From Candidatus Moraniibacteriota bacterium (GTDB lineage Bacteria; Patescibacteriota; Minisyncoccia; Moranbacterales; GWC2-37-73), in assembly GCA_013336225.1 (NCBI GenBank), contig JAAXUC010000004.1, positions 32,421 to 96,420 on the forward strand: a DNA stretch of 64,000 bases, written 5' to 3'. Position numbers and translations under genes: made by a program. The notes beneath the pieces are model-generated. The model ran no database searches. It saw only the letters and a program-made list of their open reading frames with translations, and was not told the origin of the DNA. Positions 45,754-55,097 of this stretch are shown piece by piece. Positions within the stretch are counted from its first letter, which is position 1. Every line of letters begins with the position of its first letter.

Positions 45754-47013
45754 ATGGGAATTTTTTCAAAAATTTTTGCAAAAAGCAGTGGTGAATACTA
45801 CTTAGCTCTTGATATTGGGACGGAAGTTGCCAAGGCTTTAGTTTTCCAAATAGATCCGGACGGAAAAACTGGACACATTATTGGGGTTGGAAAAGAAAGA
45901 CAGAAGCGGGGCAACATGCAAAGTGGTGCAGTCTCGGATATTTCCGGGGTTATTGAGACTTGCAAGATATCTATTGGCAAGGCACTGGAAAAGGCTCAGA
46001 TAAAAAAAGTCAAAAAGGCTATTGTGGGTATTGCTGGCGAATTGGTTAAGGGCACAACGACCACTGTTCATTATGAACGTGGAAATCCTGATGCGCGCAT
46101 CGATTTCCCTGAACTTAAGAATATCATTCAAAAAGTTCAAACCAAGGCTTATGAAAGAATTCAGGAACAGATTGCTTGGGAAACCGGACAAGATATTGAT
46201 GTGAAGCTTATCAATGCGGCAATTGTGGATGTGCGAATCGATGGATATCAGGTCACCAATCCAGTTGGATTTCAAGGTAAGGATGTTTCAGTCAGCATCT
46301 TCAACGCTTATGCTCCCATGATTCATCTGGGTGCGCTGCAGGCCATTGCTGATGAGCTTAACATCGATTTGCTTAGTATTGCTGCAGAACCATATGCTGT
46401 TGCACGCTCTGTGGACTATGACGACGCCTTGGATTTTAGTGCAATCTTCATTGATATAGGTGGTGGTACAACTGATATTGCAGTGGTGCGAAATGGCGGT
46501 CTTGAAGGAACAAAGATGTTTGCTTTTGGTGGGCGAGCCTTCACTAAAAAATTGGCGCAAGAATTGCGAATTGAATTTGAAGAAGCGGAAGAGTTGAAAA
46601 TAAAATATGCCGAAGGAAAATTGAGCGCGGATGTGAGTGGCAAGATTGAGCAAATCCTGCAGAACGATGCTTCGGTTTGGCTTAGTGGCGTGGAACTTTC
46701 GCTTTCGGAATTTGCAGGATCAGACGTTTTGCCGTCAAAAATATTGCTATGCGGCGGAGGTTCCGGTTTGCCAGATATTAAGAATATATTGTTGACAACG
46801 GACTGGGTGCGCAGTTTGCCTTTTTCAAAAACTCCTACGGTGAATTATTTGCAACCGCGCGACGTGGTGCGCATCATTGATGAAACGAATGAGCTCAAAA
46901 ATCCACAAGATGTGACTCCGATGGGCTTGGCAAATTTGGTCATGGATGTGACTGGTGAAGAGAAAGTTATGGCTGGAATTCTGCGCAGAGTTCTGCAGAC
47001 AATGCAAGACTAA
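45754..47013 (+). CDS. FtsA-like actin-fold ATPase
   Basis: ALDIGT, AEPYA, IDIGGGTTD, GGRAFT, LCGGGSGL; no ftsZ adjacent. Confidence 0.8.
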   Translation: MGIFSKIFAKSSGEYYLALDIGTEVAKALVFQIDPDGKTGHIIGVGKERQKRGNMQSGAVSDISGVIETCKISIGKALEKAQIKKVKKAIVGIAGELVKGTTTTVHYERGNPDARIDFPELKNIIQKVQTKAYERIQEQIAWETGQDIDVKLINAAIVDVRIDGYQVTNPVGFQGKDVSVSIFNAYAPMIHLGALQAIADELNIDLLSIAAEPYAVARSVDYDDALDFSAIFIDIGGGTTDIAVVRNGGLEGTKMFAFGGRAFTKKLAQELRIEFEEAEELKIKYAEGKLSADVSGKIEQILQNDASVWLSGVELSLSEFAGSDVLPSKILLCGGGSGLPDIKNILLTTDWVRSLPFSKTPTVNYLQPRDVVRIIDETNELKNPQDVTPMGLANLVMDVTGEEKVMAGILRRVLQTMQD

Positions 47014-47014
47014 A

Positions 47015-47125
47015 AAAGTTTATAAAGTTATAAAGTTATAAAGTTTGTAAAGTGGTTATGTTTATTGAGAAATATTTATTTTGATATTTCTTTATGAACT
47101 TTAAAAACTTTAAAAACTTGAAACT
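47015..47125. repeat. Tandem/inverted spacer, family C
   Basis: (aaagttat/aaagtttat)n ... (aactttaaa)n; half copies at 38561-38585 and 57361-57392. Confidence 0.7.
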
Positions 47126-47131
47126 AATCGT

Positions 47132-49036
47132 ATGCACCAAACATTCTACATCGATATTGAGGAAGAGATTTCATCAGTGGTTGACCGCCTGAATAAATCC
47201 ATGTCTATTGAGAACTATTTCGTGGTGCCTAAGCGAGCTCTTTTCTTGCAAAGCATTGTAAATCTGAAATTATTGAAGCGTGAGGCTGATAAGGTTCGAA
47301 AGCAAGTCATTATTGTTACGCAAGACGAAATAGGTGCTTCGATGGCGCAGCGTTCAGGATTGGAAGTGCGAGCAACCCTCGATGGCTTGGAGCCTGCTTC
47401 TGATGCAGGTGATCAGCAAGATGAGGATGATATGGGAGAGGAAGAAGTTGTTGCTCATCAAATTCCACACAGTGAGGTTAGGGAAGAACAAATCAAGCAA
47501 GTCAGATTGAGTGGTGTTGGATCAAGTGATTTCTATACCCCTTCTGTTGGTTTCAATGAGGATGATTTCAGAACAGTTGCTCCAACTGAGCCAATCAGAA
47601 GAAGTATTCCTGTTAATTCCATGCCTCCTGTGAAAAAAGAAACTGAACCTTTGCGCAGAGCAGTTGCAAGTAATTCATTTGGCAATCCTGTCGGACAAAA
47701 TATTACCTCCTTAAATCAGCCAAGACCTATGAATATTGGGCAAGTGAAAAATGAAAGAAGTCTTGATTCGCAAAAAGAAAAAGCTTTGGAAAAAATGTAT
47801 TCACAAAGAGAATTCATGTCAGGTGCAGCAATTGAAAACAAATCAGTTCTTGATACTGGAGAAATAAGAACGGGAGGAAGAGTAAAAAAAATATTCTTTG
47901 CGTTTATTGGATTGTGTGCGTTTGCTTTTGTTGGTGTGGCTGTGTATCTGTTTTTGCCAAGTGCAAAAATAAGTGTTGAGCCTAACATCTTGAAAAGCAA
48001 AGTTGATTTGGAGCTACGTGGTAGTGCTGATCTTGTAGAAGTTGATGATCTCAATATCCCAATTCGAATAATTGACAAAAATGAAACCATCTCACTTTCA
48101 TATGATGTCAAAGGACTATCTGCGGTGGCAGGCAAAAAAGCTCATGGCAGCGTTGTCATCTATAATGAATATGATTCTTCGGTTCAAACATTGATTGCCA
48201 CCACTAGGCTTGAGTCAGCAGATGGGAAAATATTTAGACTTGTGAAAAATGTAGCTGTGCCAGGCATGACAAAAGTTGGTGGTGAAATTAAGCCTGGAGT
48301 GATTACGGCAGAAGTGATTGCTGATCAAGCAGGAACTGAATGCAACATTGAGGCAGCCGACTTTACCATTCCAGGATTTAAGGATGGGCCAAAATATGCA
48401 AAATTTTATGCAAAATCAAGTCAGGCTATGGTTGGCGGTTCGCTCGAGGGCAGTGAGCAAACAGGAGGCAAGGTTACACAAAGAGATCTTGATAGCGCTA
48501 AGCAAAAAACAGAATTGGCAATCAGGGAAAAGATAGCTCAAGCAGTTAAAGATGGCTTGAATGATGGAGAAGTGGCTCTCGAACAAGCTGAAAAAATTAC
48601 AATTTCAAGATCCAGCTCCAATGCGAAATTGAATGACATGATGAGTACTTTTGAATATAATGTGTCAGCCTCAGTTCGTGTGTTGGTTTTTGCTGAAAGT
48701 GATGTGAGAAAAATCATGGAGCAATCATTAAAAGCTAGTGATCAACTGCAGGAAGTCAAAAAAAGCATTTCGAAAGTGGAATATGGTACGGTGGATGCTG
48801 ATTTTGAGAAAAATACCTTGAAATTGAAAGTGTATGGGGAAATAACTGCAACTCCAGTGATAGATAGTGAGAAGATAAAAAAAGAACTTTTGGGAAAAGC
48901 AGATGATCAATTGGCTGCAATTTTGAGAAAATACCCAGCTATAAAGAGTGCCAATGTTGAATTTCAACCGACATTTGTTTCCCGAATTCCGCAATATGCT
49001 CAGCGCGTAACGGTGCAAATAGATGATAATGAATAA
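47132..49036 (+). CDS. Single-TM protein with probable baseplate-J-like extracellular domain
   Basis: N-terminal IDIEEEISSVVDRL..LKLLKR domain, disordered linker, TM-LPSAKI, KAHGSVVIYN, ADQAG..N, GG..VTQRDL. Confidence 0.65.
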   Translation: MHQTFYIDIEEEISSVVDRLNKSMSIENYFVVPKRALFLQSIVNLKLLKREADKVRKQVIIVTQDEIGASMAQRSGLEVRATLDGLEPASDAGDQQDEDDMGEEEVVAHQIPHSEVREEQIKQVRLSGVGSSDFYTPSVGFNEDDFRTVAPTEPIRRSIPVNSMPPVKKETEPLRRAVASNSFGNPVGQNITSLNQPRPMNIGQVKNERSLDSQKEKALEKMYSQREFMSGAAIENKSVLDTGEIRTGGRVKKIFFAFIGLCAFAFVGVAVYLFLPSAKISVEPNILKSKVDLELRGSADLVEVDDLNIPIRIIDKNETISLSYDVKGLSAVAGKKAHGSVVIYNEYDSSVQTLIATTRLESADGKIFRLVKNVAVPGMTKVGGEIKPGVITAEVIADQAGTECNIEAADFTIPGFKDGPKYAKFYAKSSQAMVGGSLEGSEQTGGKVTQRDLDSAKQKTELAIREKIAQAVKDGLNDGEVALEQAEKITISRSSSNAKLNDMMSTFEYNVSASVRVLVFAESDVRKIMEQSLKASDQLQEVKKSISKVEYGTVDADFEKNTLKLKVYGEITATPVIDSEKIKKELLGKADDQLAAILRKYPAIKSANVEFQPTFVSRIPQYAQRVTVQIDDNE

Positions 49037-49158
49037 AAAGGTTGATAATAAGCCAAAAAATCATGAATAATTGCTTGATTTCAGACTTTTAATTGCAAGG
49101 CTTGAAATCGCCAAATCCTCGTGAAAAAGGGGAGTGGTTTTGCTTCCACTTAAAGGGG

Positions 49159-49187
49159 TTGACAAGAAAAGAATACTTTGTTAAGAT
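49159..49187 (+). promoter_or_regulatory. Promoter of the infA-rpoA-rpsI operon
   Basis: TTGACA, 17 nt, TAAGAT. Confidence 0.65.
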
Positions 49188-49317
49188 TTATATACGTTTT
49201 TGGAAAAACTTAATAAAGTATACCAATTAGAGGAACTTACTATTTGAATTTCATGAATGAGGATAGTGTGTTGGAAGTAAATCCCCTCTATTTTTATGTT
49301 GTAATTGAAAGCAAAAT

Positions 49318-49542
49318 ATGGCCCCAAAACAGGAAAAAGAGTTGATAAAACTCGAAGGAACTATCATTGAAACGCTTCCTAGCACGACGTTTCGAGTGCG
49401 TTTGGATAATGGTCATGAAGTGCTGGCACATATATCAGGAAGAATGAGAGTGAATTATATACGATTGCTTCCCGGCGATCGAGTGCTCATGGAAATGAGT
49501 CCCTACGACCTTACTAAAGGACGGGTAACGCAAAGAATGTAA
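49318..49542 (+). CDS. infA: Translation initiation factor IF-1
   Basis: [25 protein letters not shown]. Confidence 0.97.
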   Translation: MAPKQEKELIKLEGTIIETLPSTTFRVRLDNGHEVLAHISGRMRVNYIRLLPGDRVLMEMSPYDLTKGRVTQRM

Positions 49543-49632
49543 ATAACTAATAACTAAAGACTCACAACTAATGACAGTTGCCAATATGGCAACTGGAGAA
49601 AAAGTTATAAGTAATTGGTGGTAAATAAAAGT

Positions 49633-49746
49633 ATGAAAGTAAGAGCATCAGTAAAAAAAATGTGCGCCAAATGTAAAGTTGTTAGACGCAGAGGTAGAGT
49701 GTACATAGTTTGTTCCACCCCTAAGCATAAACAACGACAAGGCTAA
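49633..49746 (+). CDS. rpmJ: 50S ribosomal protein L36 (not in ORF track)
   Basis: [37 protein letters not shown]. Confidence 0.97.
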   Translation: MKVRASVKKMCAKCKVVRRRGRVYIVCSTPKHKQRQG

Positions 49747-49812
49747 ATAATAAATAATAATTTTCGATTTTCTTCGCCAATCGGCGGATAGAGATTAGAA
49801 ATTGAGCAAGAT

Positions 49813-50199
49813 ATGATACGTATTGCCGGAATAAATCTTCCTGATGAAAAAAGAATAGAAATCGCTTTGACTTATGTCTTTGGAATCGGACCTTCAACTA
49901 GCCGTAAGCTTTTGAAGCTTCTTGAAATTGACATGACAACTCGCACCAAAGACCTTTCAGCTGAAGATGCAAACAGACTTCGAGATGAAATCGAAAAGAA
50001 ATATAAGGTTGAAGGAGAGCTCAAGCATGAAGTTAAAATGAACATCAAACGTTTGAAAGAAATTGGAAGCTATCGTGGTTCCAGGCATCAAAAAGGACTT
50101 CCAGTGAATGGTCAACGAACAAAGACTAACAGTCGAACAGTTCGAGGAAACGTCCGAAGAACCATGGGAAGTGGACGACGAAGTGAATCAAAGACATAG
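49813..50199 (+). CDS. rpsM: 30S ribosomal protein S13
   Basis: RIAGINLP, YRGSRH, GLPVNGQRTKTN. Confidence 0.98.
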   Translation: MIRIAGINLPDEKRIEIALTYVFGIGPSTSRKLLKLLEIDMTTRTKDLSAEDANRLRDEIEKKYKVEGELKHEVKMNIKRLKEIGSYRGSRHQKGLPVNGQRTKTNSRTVRGNVRRTMGSGRRSESKT

Positions 50200-50203
50200 C
50201 AGT

Positions 50204-50317
50204 AGCTTATTAGGCGTTAGCTTCTTAGCTTGTTAGTCTAATAATGGGGATGATACAGATTATAAACATTTTATAAAAAGCTTAGAAGCTAAAAAGCTAA
50301 AAAGCTAAAACCTGATT
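50204..50317. repeat. AGCT-nonamer spacer, family B copy 1
   Basis: agcttattaggcgttagcttct ... aagctaaaaagctaaaacctgatt, shared with 50797-50878. Confidence 0.8.
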
Positions 50318-50320
50318 AAT

Positions 50321-50788
50321 ATGGTAGACGAAATTAAAAAAATTGAAGAACTTTTAGCTGCAGAATCTGGTGAAATTTCTGCAGAAACTGCTAGCGCAAC
50401 TGAAGCTGAAACAAAGAAGAAGAAAAAGAAGATCAAGCGACAAATCAGCAAAGGACAGGCACACATCAAATGCACCTACAACAATACAATGGTGATGATT
50501 TCTGATGCTAATGGCGCCATGCTTGGATGGTCAAGCTCTGGACTGCTTGGTTTCAAGGGAGCAAAGAAGGCAACTCCATATGCTGCAACTCAAGTTGTGC
50601 ATGATGTGACTGAGAAAGTGAAGAAATTTGGAATGCATGAGTTGGATGTTTTCGTGAGAGGAGTTGGCTCCGGACGAGAATCATCAATTCGCTCATTGGC
50701 CAACAAAGGTTTTGAACTTACTGCAATCAAAGATGTAACACCAATTCCTCATAATGGATGCAGAGCAAAGAAACCGAGACGAGTATAA
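50321..50788 (+). CDS. rpsK: 30S ribosomal protein S11
   Basis: TYNNT, KATPYAA, DVTPIPHNGCR. Confidence 0.98.
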   Translation: MVDEIKKIEELLAAESGEISAETASATEAETKKKKKKIKRQISKGQAHIKCTYNNTMVMISDANGAMLGWSSSGLLGFKGAKKATPYAATQVVHDVTEKVKKFGMHELDVFVRGVGSGRESSIRSLANKGFELTAIKDVTPIPHNGCRAKKPRRV

Positions 50789-50796
50789 TATATAAC

Positions 50797-50878
50797 AGCT
50801 TATTAGGCGTTAGCTTCTCAGCTTCTCAGGAAAACAATTTCCTAAAAAGCTAAAAAGCTAAATAGCTAAAACCTGATT
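50797..50878. repeat. AGCT-nonamer spacer, family B copy 2
   Basis: Same 22-nt left end and same right end as 50204-50317, with a shorter centre. Confidence 0.8.
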
Positions 50879-50881
50879 TTT

Positions 50882-51517
50882 ATGGCACGAGATTTATTAG
50901 GATCAAAATGTAAAAGATGTCGCAGAGCTCAAGAAAAGCTTTTCTTGAAAGGTGATCGATGCAATAGCGCAAAATGTGCCATTTCACGTCGTCCATATGC
51001 TCCAGGTGTGCATGGCAAAAGTATTTCCAGGGGACTTAGTGAATTTGGAAAGCAATTAGCCATGAAACAACGCATTAAGCGTATGTATGGTGTGTTGGAA
51101 AGACAATTTCGCAAGCATTATGATGAAATCAGTGGAAAACCAGGTGTGACTGGTGACTTATTGATGAGTCGTCTTGAAATGCGTTTGGACAATGTGGTTC
51201 GCAAAATGGGACTTGCATCTTCTCCAATTCAGGCCAGACAACTTGTGACTCATGGAGCTTTCTTGGTTAATGGCAAAAAACTTACAATTCCTTCATGTTG
51301 GATGAAAGTTGGGGATGTGGTTTCAGTCAAAGAATCAAAGAAGGACAATGCATATTTCAAAAATCAAATTCAGACTCTCGCTAATAAGAAAGATTTTCCT
51401 CGTTGGATTAAATTTGACCAATCGAAACTAGAAGGAACAGTGATTTCACTTCCAACTCGCGAAGATGTTGGAGTGCAAGTTGATCCGCAAATGGTGGTTG
51501 AATCATATTCACGTTAA
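50882..51517 (+). CDS. rpsD: 30S ribosomal protein S4
   Basis: CKRCRR, LEMRLDNVV, ARQLVTHG. Confidence 0.98.
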   Translation: MARDLLGSKCKRCRRAQEKLFLKGDRCNSAKCAISRRPYAPGVHGKSISRGLSEFGKQLAMKQRIKRMYGVLERQFRKHYDEISGKPGVTGDLLMSRLEMRLDNVVRKMGLASSPIQARQLVTHGAFLVNGKKLTIPSCWMKVGDVVSVKESKKDNAYFKNQIQTLANKKDFPRWIKFDQSKLEGTVISLPTREDVGVQVDPQMVVESYSR

Positions 51518-51610
51518 TATTATTTTTGTTTAGAGCTTTATTTAACTTTTTTAATCGAAAAACGCCTTTCTTGTGGATAATCTCCATGATTAATGTGTTA
51601 GAAAGAGGAT

Positions 51611-52576
51611 ATGCAAATAGTGTCGCTTCCTCAAAAGCCAAAATACACCCCAATTGATCAGAATAGTGGGAAATTCGAAATCATGGGATGTTATCCGGGT
51701 TATGGTATGACCCTTGGTAATGCGCTTAGGCGTGTTCTTTTAGCATCTTTGGAAGGTGCTGCAGTTACCACCGTTAAAATAAAAGGAGTTTCTCATGAAT
51801 TTTCAACTCTTGATGGAGTTATGGAAGATGCAGTGCAAATTATTTTGAATCTTAAAAAAATTCGTTTCAAAATGCATAGCGAAGAACCTGTGAAAGTGAC
51901 TCTTAAATTCAAAGGTGAAGGAAAAGTTACTGCTAAGGAAATTAAATGTCCTTCAAGCGTGGAAGTGGTGAACACCGATCAAATCATTGCAACTGTGACT
52001 GATAAAAAGGTTGAATTTGAAATGGAATTGGAAATCTCAAGAGGTTTGGGATATGTGCCAATCGATCAGCAAAACAGAACAGAAAAGGAAATCGGTGTCA
52101 TTGCAATTGATGCAGTCTACACTCCAATCCGTCGTGTGAACTATGAAGTTGAAAACATGCGAGTTGGAAAGCGAACTGACTATAACAAAATCACCCTTGA
52201 GGTTGTGACTGATGGAAGCATTACTCCAGAAGAAGCATTCAAAAAAGCTGTTACAATTTTGGTCGAACAATTTTCAGTGCTTGGTGGTATCGAACTTATT
52301 GAAGAAGTTGCTCCTGAAGAAGTTAAGGAAGCTGAAATCGTCGAGGAAAAAGTAGTTGAGGAAGCTGCTGACCCTTTGAAGATCAAAGTTACTGAACTGA
52401 AAAATCTTTCAACTCGAACACTTAATGTCCTTGAAGCAAGTAAAATTGTGAAAATCAAAGATATTGTGAAGTTCAATGAAGAAGGATTGCTTGCCTTGGA
52501 AGGAATGGGCGACAAAGGAGTCAAGGAAATTAAAAAATCAATCGGAGAATTTGGAATTACCCTTAAACAGGACTAG
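51611..52576 (+). CDS. rpoA: RNA polymerase alpha subunit
   Basis: GYGMTLGNALRRVLL, HEFST, IDAVYTPI. Confidence 0.98.
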   Translation: MQIVSLPQKPKYTPIDQNSGKFEIMGCYPGYGMTLGNALRRVLLASLEGAAVTTVKIKGVSHEFSTLDGVMEDAVQIILNLKKIRFKMHSEEPVKVTLKFKGEGKVTAKEIKCPSSVEVVNTDQIIATVTDKKVEFEMELEISRGLGYVPIDQQNRTEKEIGVIAIDAVYTPIRRVNYEVENMRVGKRTDYNKITLEVVTDGSITPEEAFKKAVTILVEQFSVLGGIELIEEVAPEEVKEAEIVEEKVVEEAADPLKIKVTELKNLSTRTLNVLEASKIVKIKDIVKFNEEGLLALEGMGDKGVKEIKKSIGEFGITLKQD

Positions 52577-52589
52577 CAATTGAAAATAT

Positions 52590-52955
52590 ATGAATCATCT
52601 TGGAAGAACACGAAAATTTAGCAGAGTGAAAAAACAACGAGTAGCGCTTCTTAAAACGCTCTTGGGTAGTTTTATTATGAAGGAAAAAATCACTACAACC
52701 GAGGCGAAAGCCAAGGAAATTAAGCCAATGATGGATAAAATCATCACGAAAGTGAAGAAGATATCTAATGATGAGGCTAAAAAGGTTGCAGTTTTGCGTG
52801 ATTTAAGAAAGGGTCTTCCACTAATCGCTGTAAAAAAACTTTCTGGTGAGTTTGCCCAGAAGTTTGCAGGCCGAACAAGTGGATACACTCGTATCATGAA
52901 GATCGCTCAACGAAAAAGTGATGGAGCAGAAATGGCAATAATTGAATTTGTATAA
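52590..52955 (+). CDS. rplQ: 50S ribosomal protein L17
   Basis: ITTTEAKAKE, GYTRI, RKSDGAEMA. Confidence 0.96.
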   Translation: MNHLGRTRKFSRVKKQRVALLKTLLGSFIMKEKITTTEAKAKEIKPMMDKIITKVKKISNDEAKKVAVLRDLRKGLPLIAVKKLSGEFAQKFAGRTSGYTRIMKIAQRKSDGAEMAIIEFV

Positions 52956-52975
52956 ATTAGAGAATTATAACGCAT

Positions 52976-53365
52976 ATGAACAGACAATATCATCTCTTTG
53001 ATGCTCAGGGAAAAGTGCTTGGACGCTTGGCAACTGAAATTGCAAAGACATTAAGTGGCCGAAATAAGGTTGACTACATCCCGCACATTGACGGAGGCGA
53101 TTTCGTTACTGTTATTAACGCGGATAAAATCAAGGTTACTGGCAACAAACTTGAAGGAAAGATTTATCATAAATATAGTGGATATCCAGGTGGAATTTCA
53201 TCTATTTCTTTGAAAGATTTGCTTGCAAAAGATGCTGGTAAAGTCATCCAAAACGCAGTGTATGGAATGCTTCCGAAGAATAAGCTTAGAGATAAGATGA
53301 TGCTTCGTTTGACAGCTGTCGCTGGAATTGAGCACACAACTAAGAAGATAGATGTAACACACTAA
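52976..53365 (+). CDS. rplM: 50S ribosomal protein L13
   Basis: LGRLAT, PHIDGGD, SGYPGG, GMLPKN. Confidence 0.97.
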   Translation: MNRQYHLFDAQGKVLGRLATEIAKTLSGRNKVDYIPHIDGGDFVTVINADKIKVTGNKLEGKIYHKYSGYPGGISSISLKDLLAKDAGKVIQNAVYGMLPKNKLRDKMMLRLTAVAGIEHTTKKIDVTH

Positions 53366-53386
53366 TTTTCATATAACACATAAGAT

Positions 53387-53977
53387 ATGGCAGTAAAAAA
53401 AGTAGAGAAAACTGAAAAAGTTGCAAAACCTAAAGCAGCAAAAGTTGTGAAACCAAAAGCTGAAAAGGTTGTTAAGGCTGCAAAAGTTGCTAAGGTTGTG
53501 AAAACTGCTGCTCCTGCTGAAGCTAAAGAAGCAACTGTGAAAGTTGAAAAAGTGGCAAAGGTTACAAAAAAAGAAAGCGGCGTATATTTCTATGCTGTTG
53601 GACGAAGAAAAACCTCTGTTGCTCAAGTCAGATTGTATGCAGATGAGAAAGCTACTGAAAATGAACTTGTGATCAATGATAAGAAGCTTAAGGATTATTT
53701 CCCAACAGTTTCACTTCAGAATAACATGCTGACACCGTTTAAGGCTGTTGGTTTGCACAACAAATTCCGCATGACAGTGCTTGTCCGTGGTGGAGGAGTG
53801 ACCGGTCAAGTTGAAGCTGTGCGATTGGGAATTGCTCGTGCGTTGGTTGTTTTCAATCCTGAACTCAAAAAGACTTTGAAAGATCTTGGACTCATGACTC
53901 GCGATGCTCGCGAAGTTGAACGAAAGAAAGCCGGTCTCAAGAAAGCTCGAAAAGCTCCACAATGGGCAAAACGATAG
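53387..53977 (+). CDS. rpsI: 30S ribosomal protein S9 with Lys/Ala/Val-rich N-terminal extension
   Basis: GRRKTS, GGGVTGQ, RDAREVERKK, PQWAKR. Confidence 0.97.
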   Translation: MAVKKVEKTEKVAKPKAAKVVKPKAEKVVKAAKVAKVVKTAAPAEAKEATVKVEKVAKVTKKESGVYFYAVGRRKTSVAQVRLYADEKATENELVINDKKLKDYFPTVSLQNNMLTPFKAVGLHNKFRMTVLVRGGGVTGQVEAVRLGIARALVVFNPELKKTLKDLGLMTRDAREVERKKAGLKKARKAPQWAKR

Positions 53978-53993
53978 TTATTGCAATTTATAC

Positions 53994-54024
53994 AAAAGAC
54001 ATCTCGAAAGAGATGTCTTTTTTT
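53994..54024 (+). terminator. Terminator of the ribosomal operon
   Basis: aaaagacatctc-gaaa-gagatgtctttt plus T-tract. Confidence 0.85.
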
Positions 54025-54041
54025 GTCTACATAAAACTTTA

Positions 54042-54092
54042 TCATTCCCGCACCCGCTTAAAGGCAAGCATAAACTCTGGCGGGAATCCAGG
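54042..54092. repeat. Partial REP-like element related to 8021-8093
   Basis: tcattcccgc ... gcgggaatccagg with an expanded loop. Confidence 0.55.
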
Positions 54093-54109
54093 ATTTAGCA
54101 AGATCTCCT

Positions 54110-54289
54110 ATTTCGCATCTATATTTTTTATGCCTGATGAAGATACTGTGGCAAAGACTTCACTCTTCGCTAGAATTTACACTGCGCGTCTTCGTCTGCT
54201 GACGGACGCTACGTTTCAAAATTCCTTAACGCTCATCACTCGTCTTTCGCCTACGTACTTCATATGGCAAAAAAATATAGATACGAAAT
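54110..54289. mobile_element. MITE-like element with about 30-bp imperfect terminal inverted repeats
   Basis: atttcgcatctatattttttatgcctgatgaag versus cttcatatggcaaaaaaatatagatacgaaat; no credible ORF inside. Confidence 0.45.
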
Positions 54290-54477
54290 GGCTATAAAAA
54301 TGCGATAAAGCTTTAGGCGCTATTAATGCCTAAAACAAGGCATTAATAAACTTGTCCTCATTTTGCTTGACTTTTTGTTGAAAAAGAAGTATAATAATAG
54401 GTCAGTATAAAAACTGTCAAAAAGCAGCTGATTTAACAATCTAGAGTCGGCAGACTAAAAACGTAAAAGGAGAATAA

Positions 54478-54867
54478 ATGAGTAAAATATTAGATAAAAT
54501 TGGTTTCTTCATTTTTATGTTGACACTTTTTTCTGGAGTTCCATTGTCTGCATTTTTAATTGCTAATGCTTTTAATGAGCATGACAAAATTGCTTTGTTC
54601 TTTGGTATTATTCTTTTGATAATCACTGTATCTATTTTTGGATTTGTTCGTGGTATTAATCAATATTTTACTGGTGAGGTCGTGCAATTTGAAAGAATCA
54701 AGGAAGGGGTTTATAAACTTTTTGGTAGAATTGAAAATATAACAATTCTGAAAAAAGTTGCAGATGATGGGACAGAGAAATATTTCTCTATTATTGATTT
54801 TCCTGATAATAGTATGGAACAAGGAGTGGTATTTAGGCGAACCAAAAAAGATCTGGTTGTTATTTGA
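54478..54867 (+). CDS. Two-TM hypothetical protein
   Basis: Promoter TTGACT-17-TATAAT (54367-54395), AAGGAG RBS, terminator 54890-54929. Confidence 0.7.
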   Translation: MSKILDKIGFFIFMLTLFSGVPLSAFLIANAFNEHDKIALFFGIILLIITVSIFGFVRGINQYFTGEVVQFERIKEGVYKLFGRIENITILKKVADDGTEKYFSIIDFPDNSMEQGVVFRRTKKDLVVI

Positions 54868-54966
54868 TTGAGGATTGATGAATGTTTACGGCTTGTGTGT
54901 CTGGAAATTCAGACGCACAAGCCTTTTTTAATATCAAAAAACGCATTTTGCAATGCGTTCTTATCT

Positions 54967-55051
54967 TGTCATCCTGAATGCAATGAAGGATCCCGTGCTC
55001 AGTATTAGTAGCTAAGATATTTAGGGATTCTTCGCTTCACTCAGAATGACA
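54967..55051. repeat. REP-like palindromic element (GTCATCCTGA..TCAGAATGAC type)
   Basis: tgtcatcctgaatgcaatgaaggatccc ... gggattcttcgcttcactcagaatgaca. Confidence 0.75.
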
Positions 55052-55097
55052 CACTTTTGTATTTTTCTAAGAAGCTAAAAAGCTAAAGCCTGGTAAG

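Noticed and set aside
45754-47013. Gene symbol ftsA
   Set aside because: No ftsZ or ftsQ neighbour; it may be a paralogue
47132-49036. Prophage or contractile injection system
   Set aside because: No tail, sheath, capsid, terminase or integrase genes; the context is housekeeping
53962-54297. 111-aa ORF after rpsI
   Set aside because: It spans the operon terminator and palindromic repeats and has no recognisable protein features
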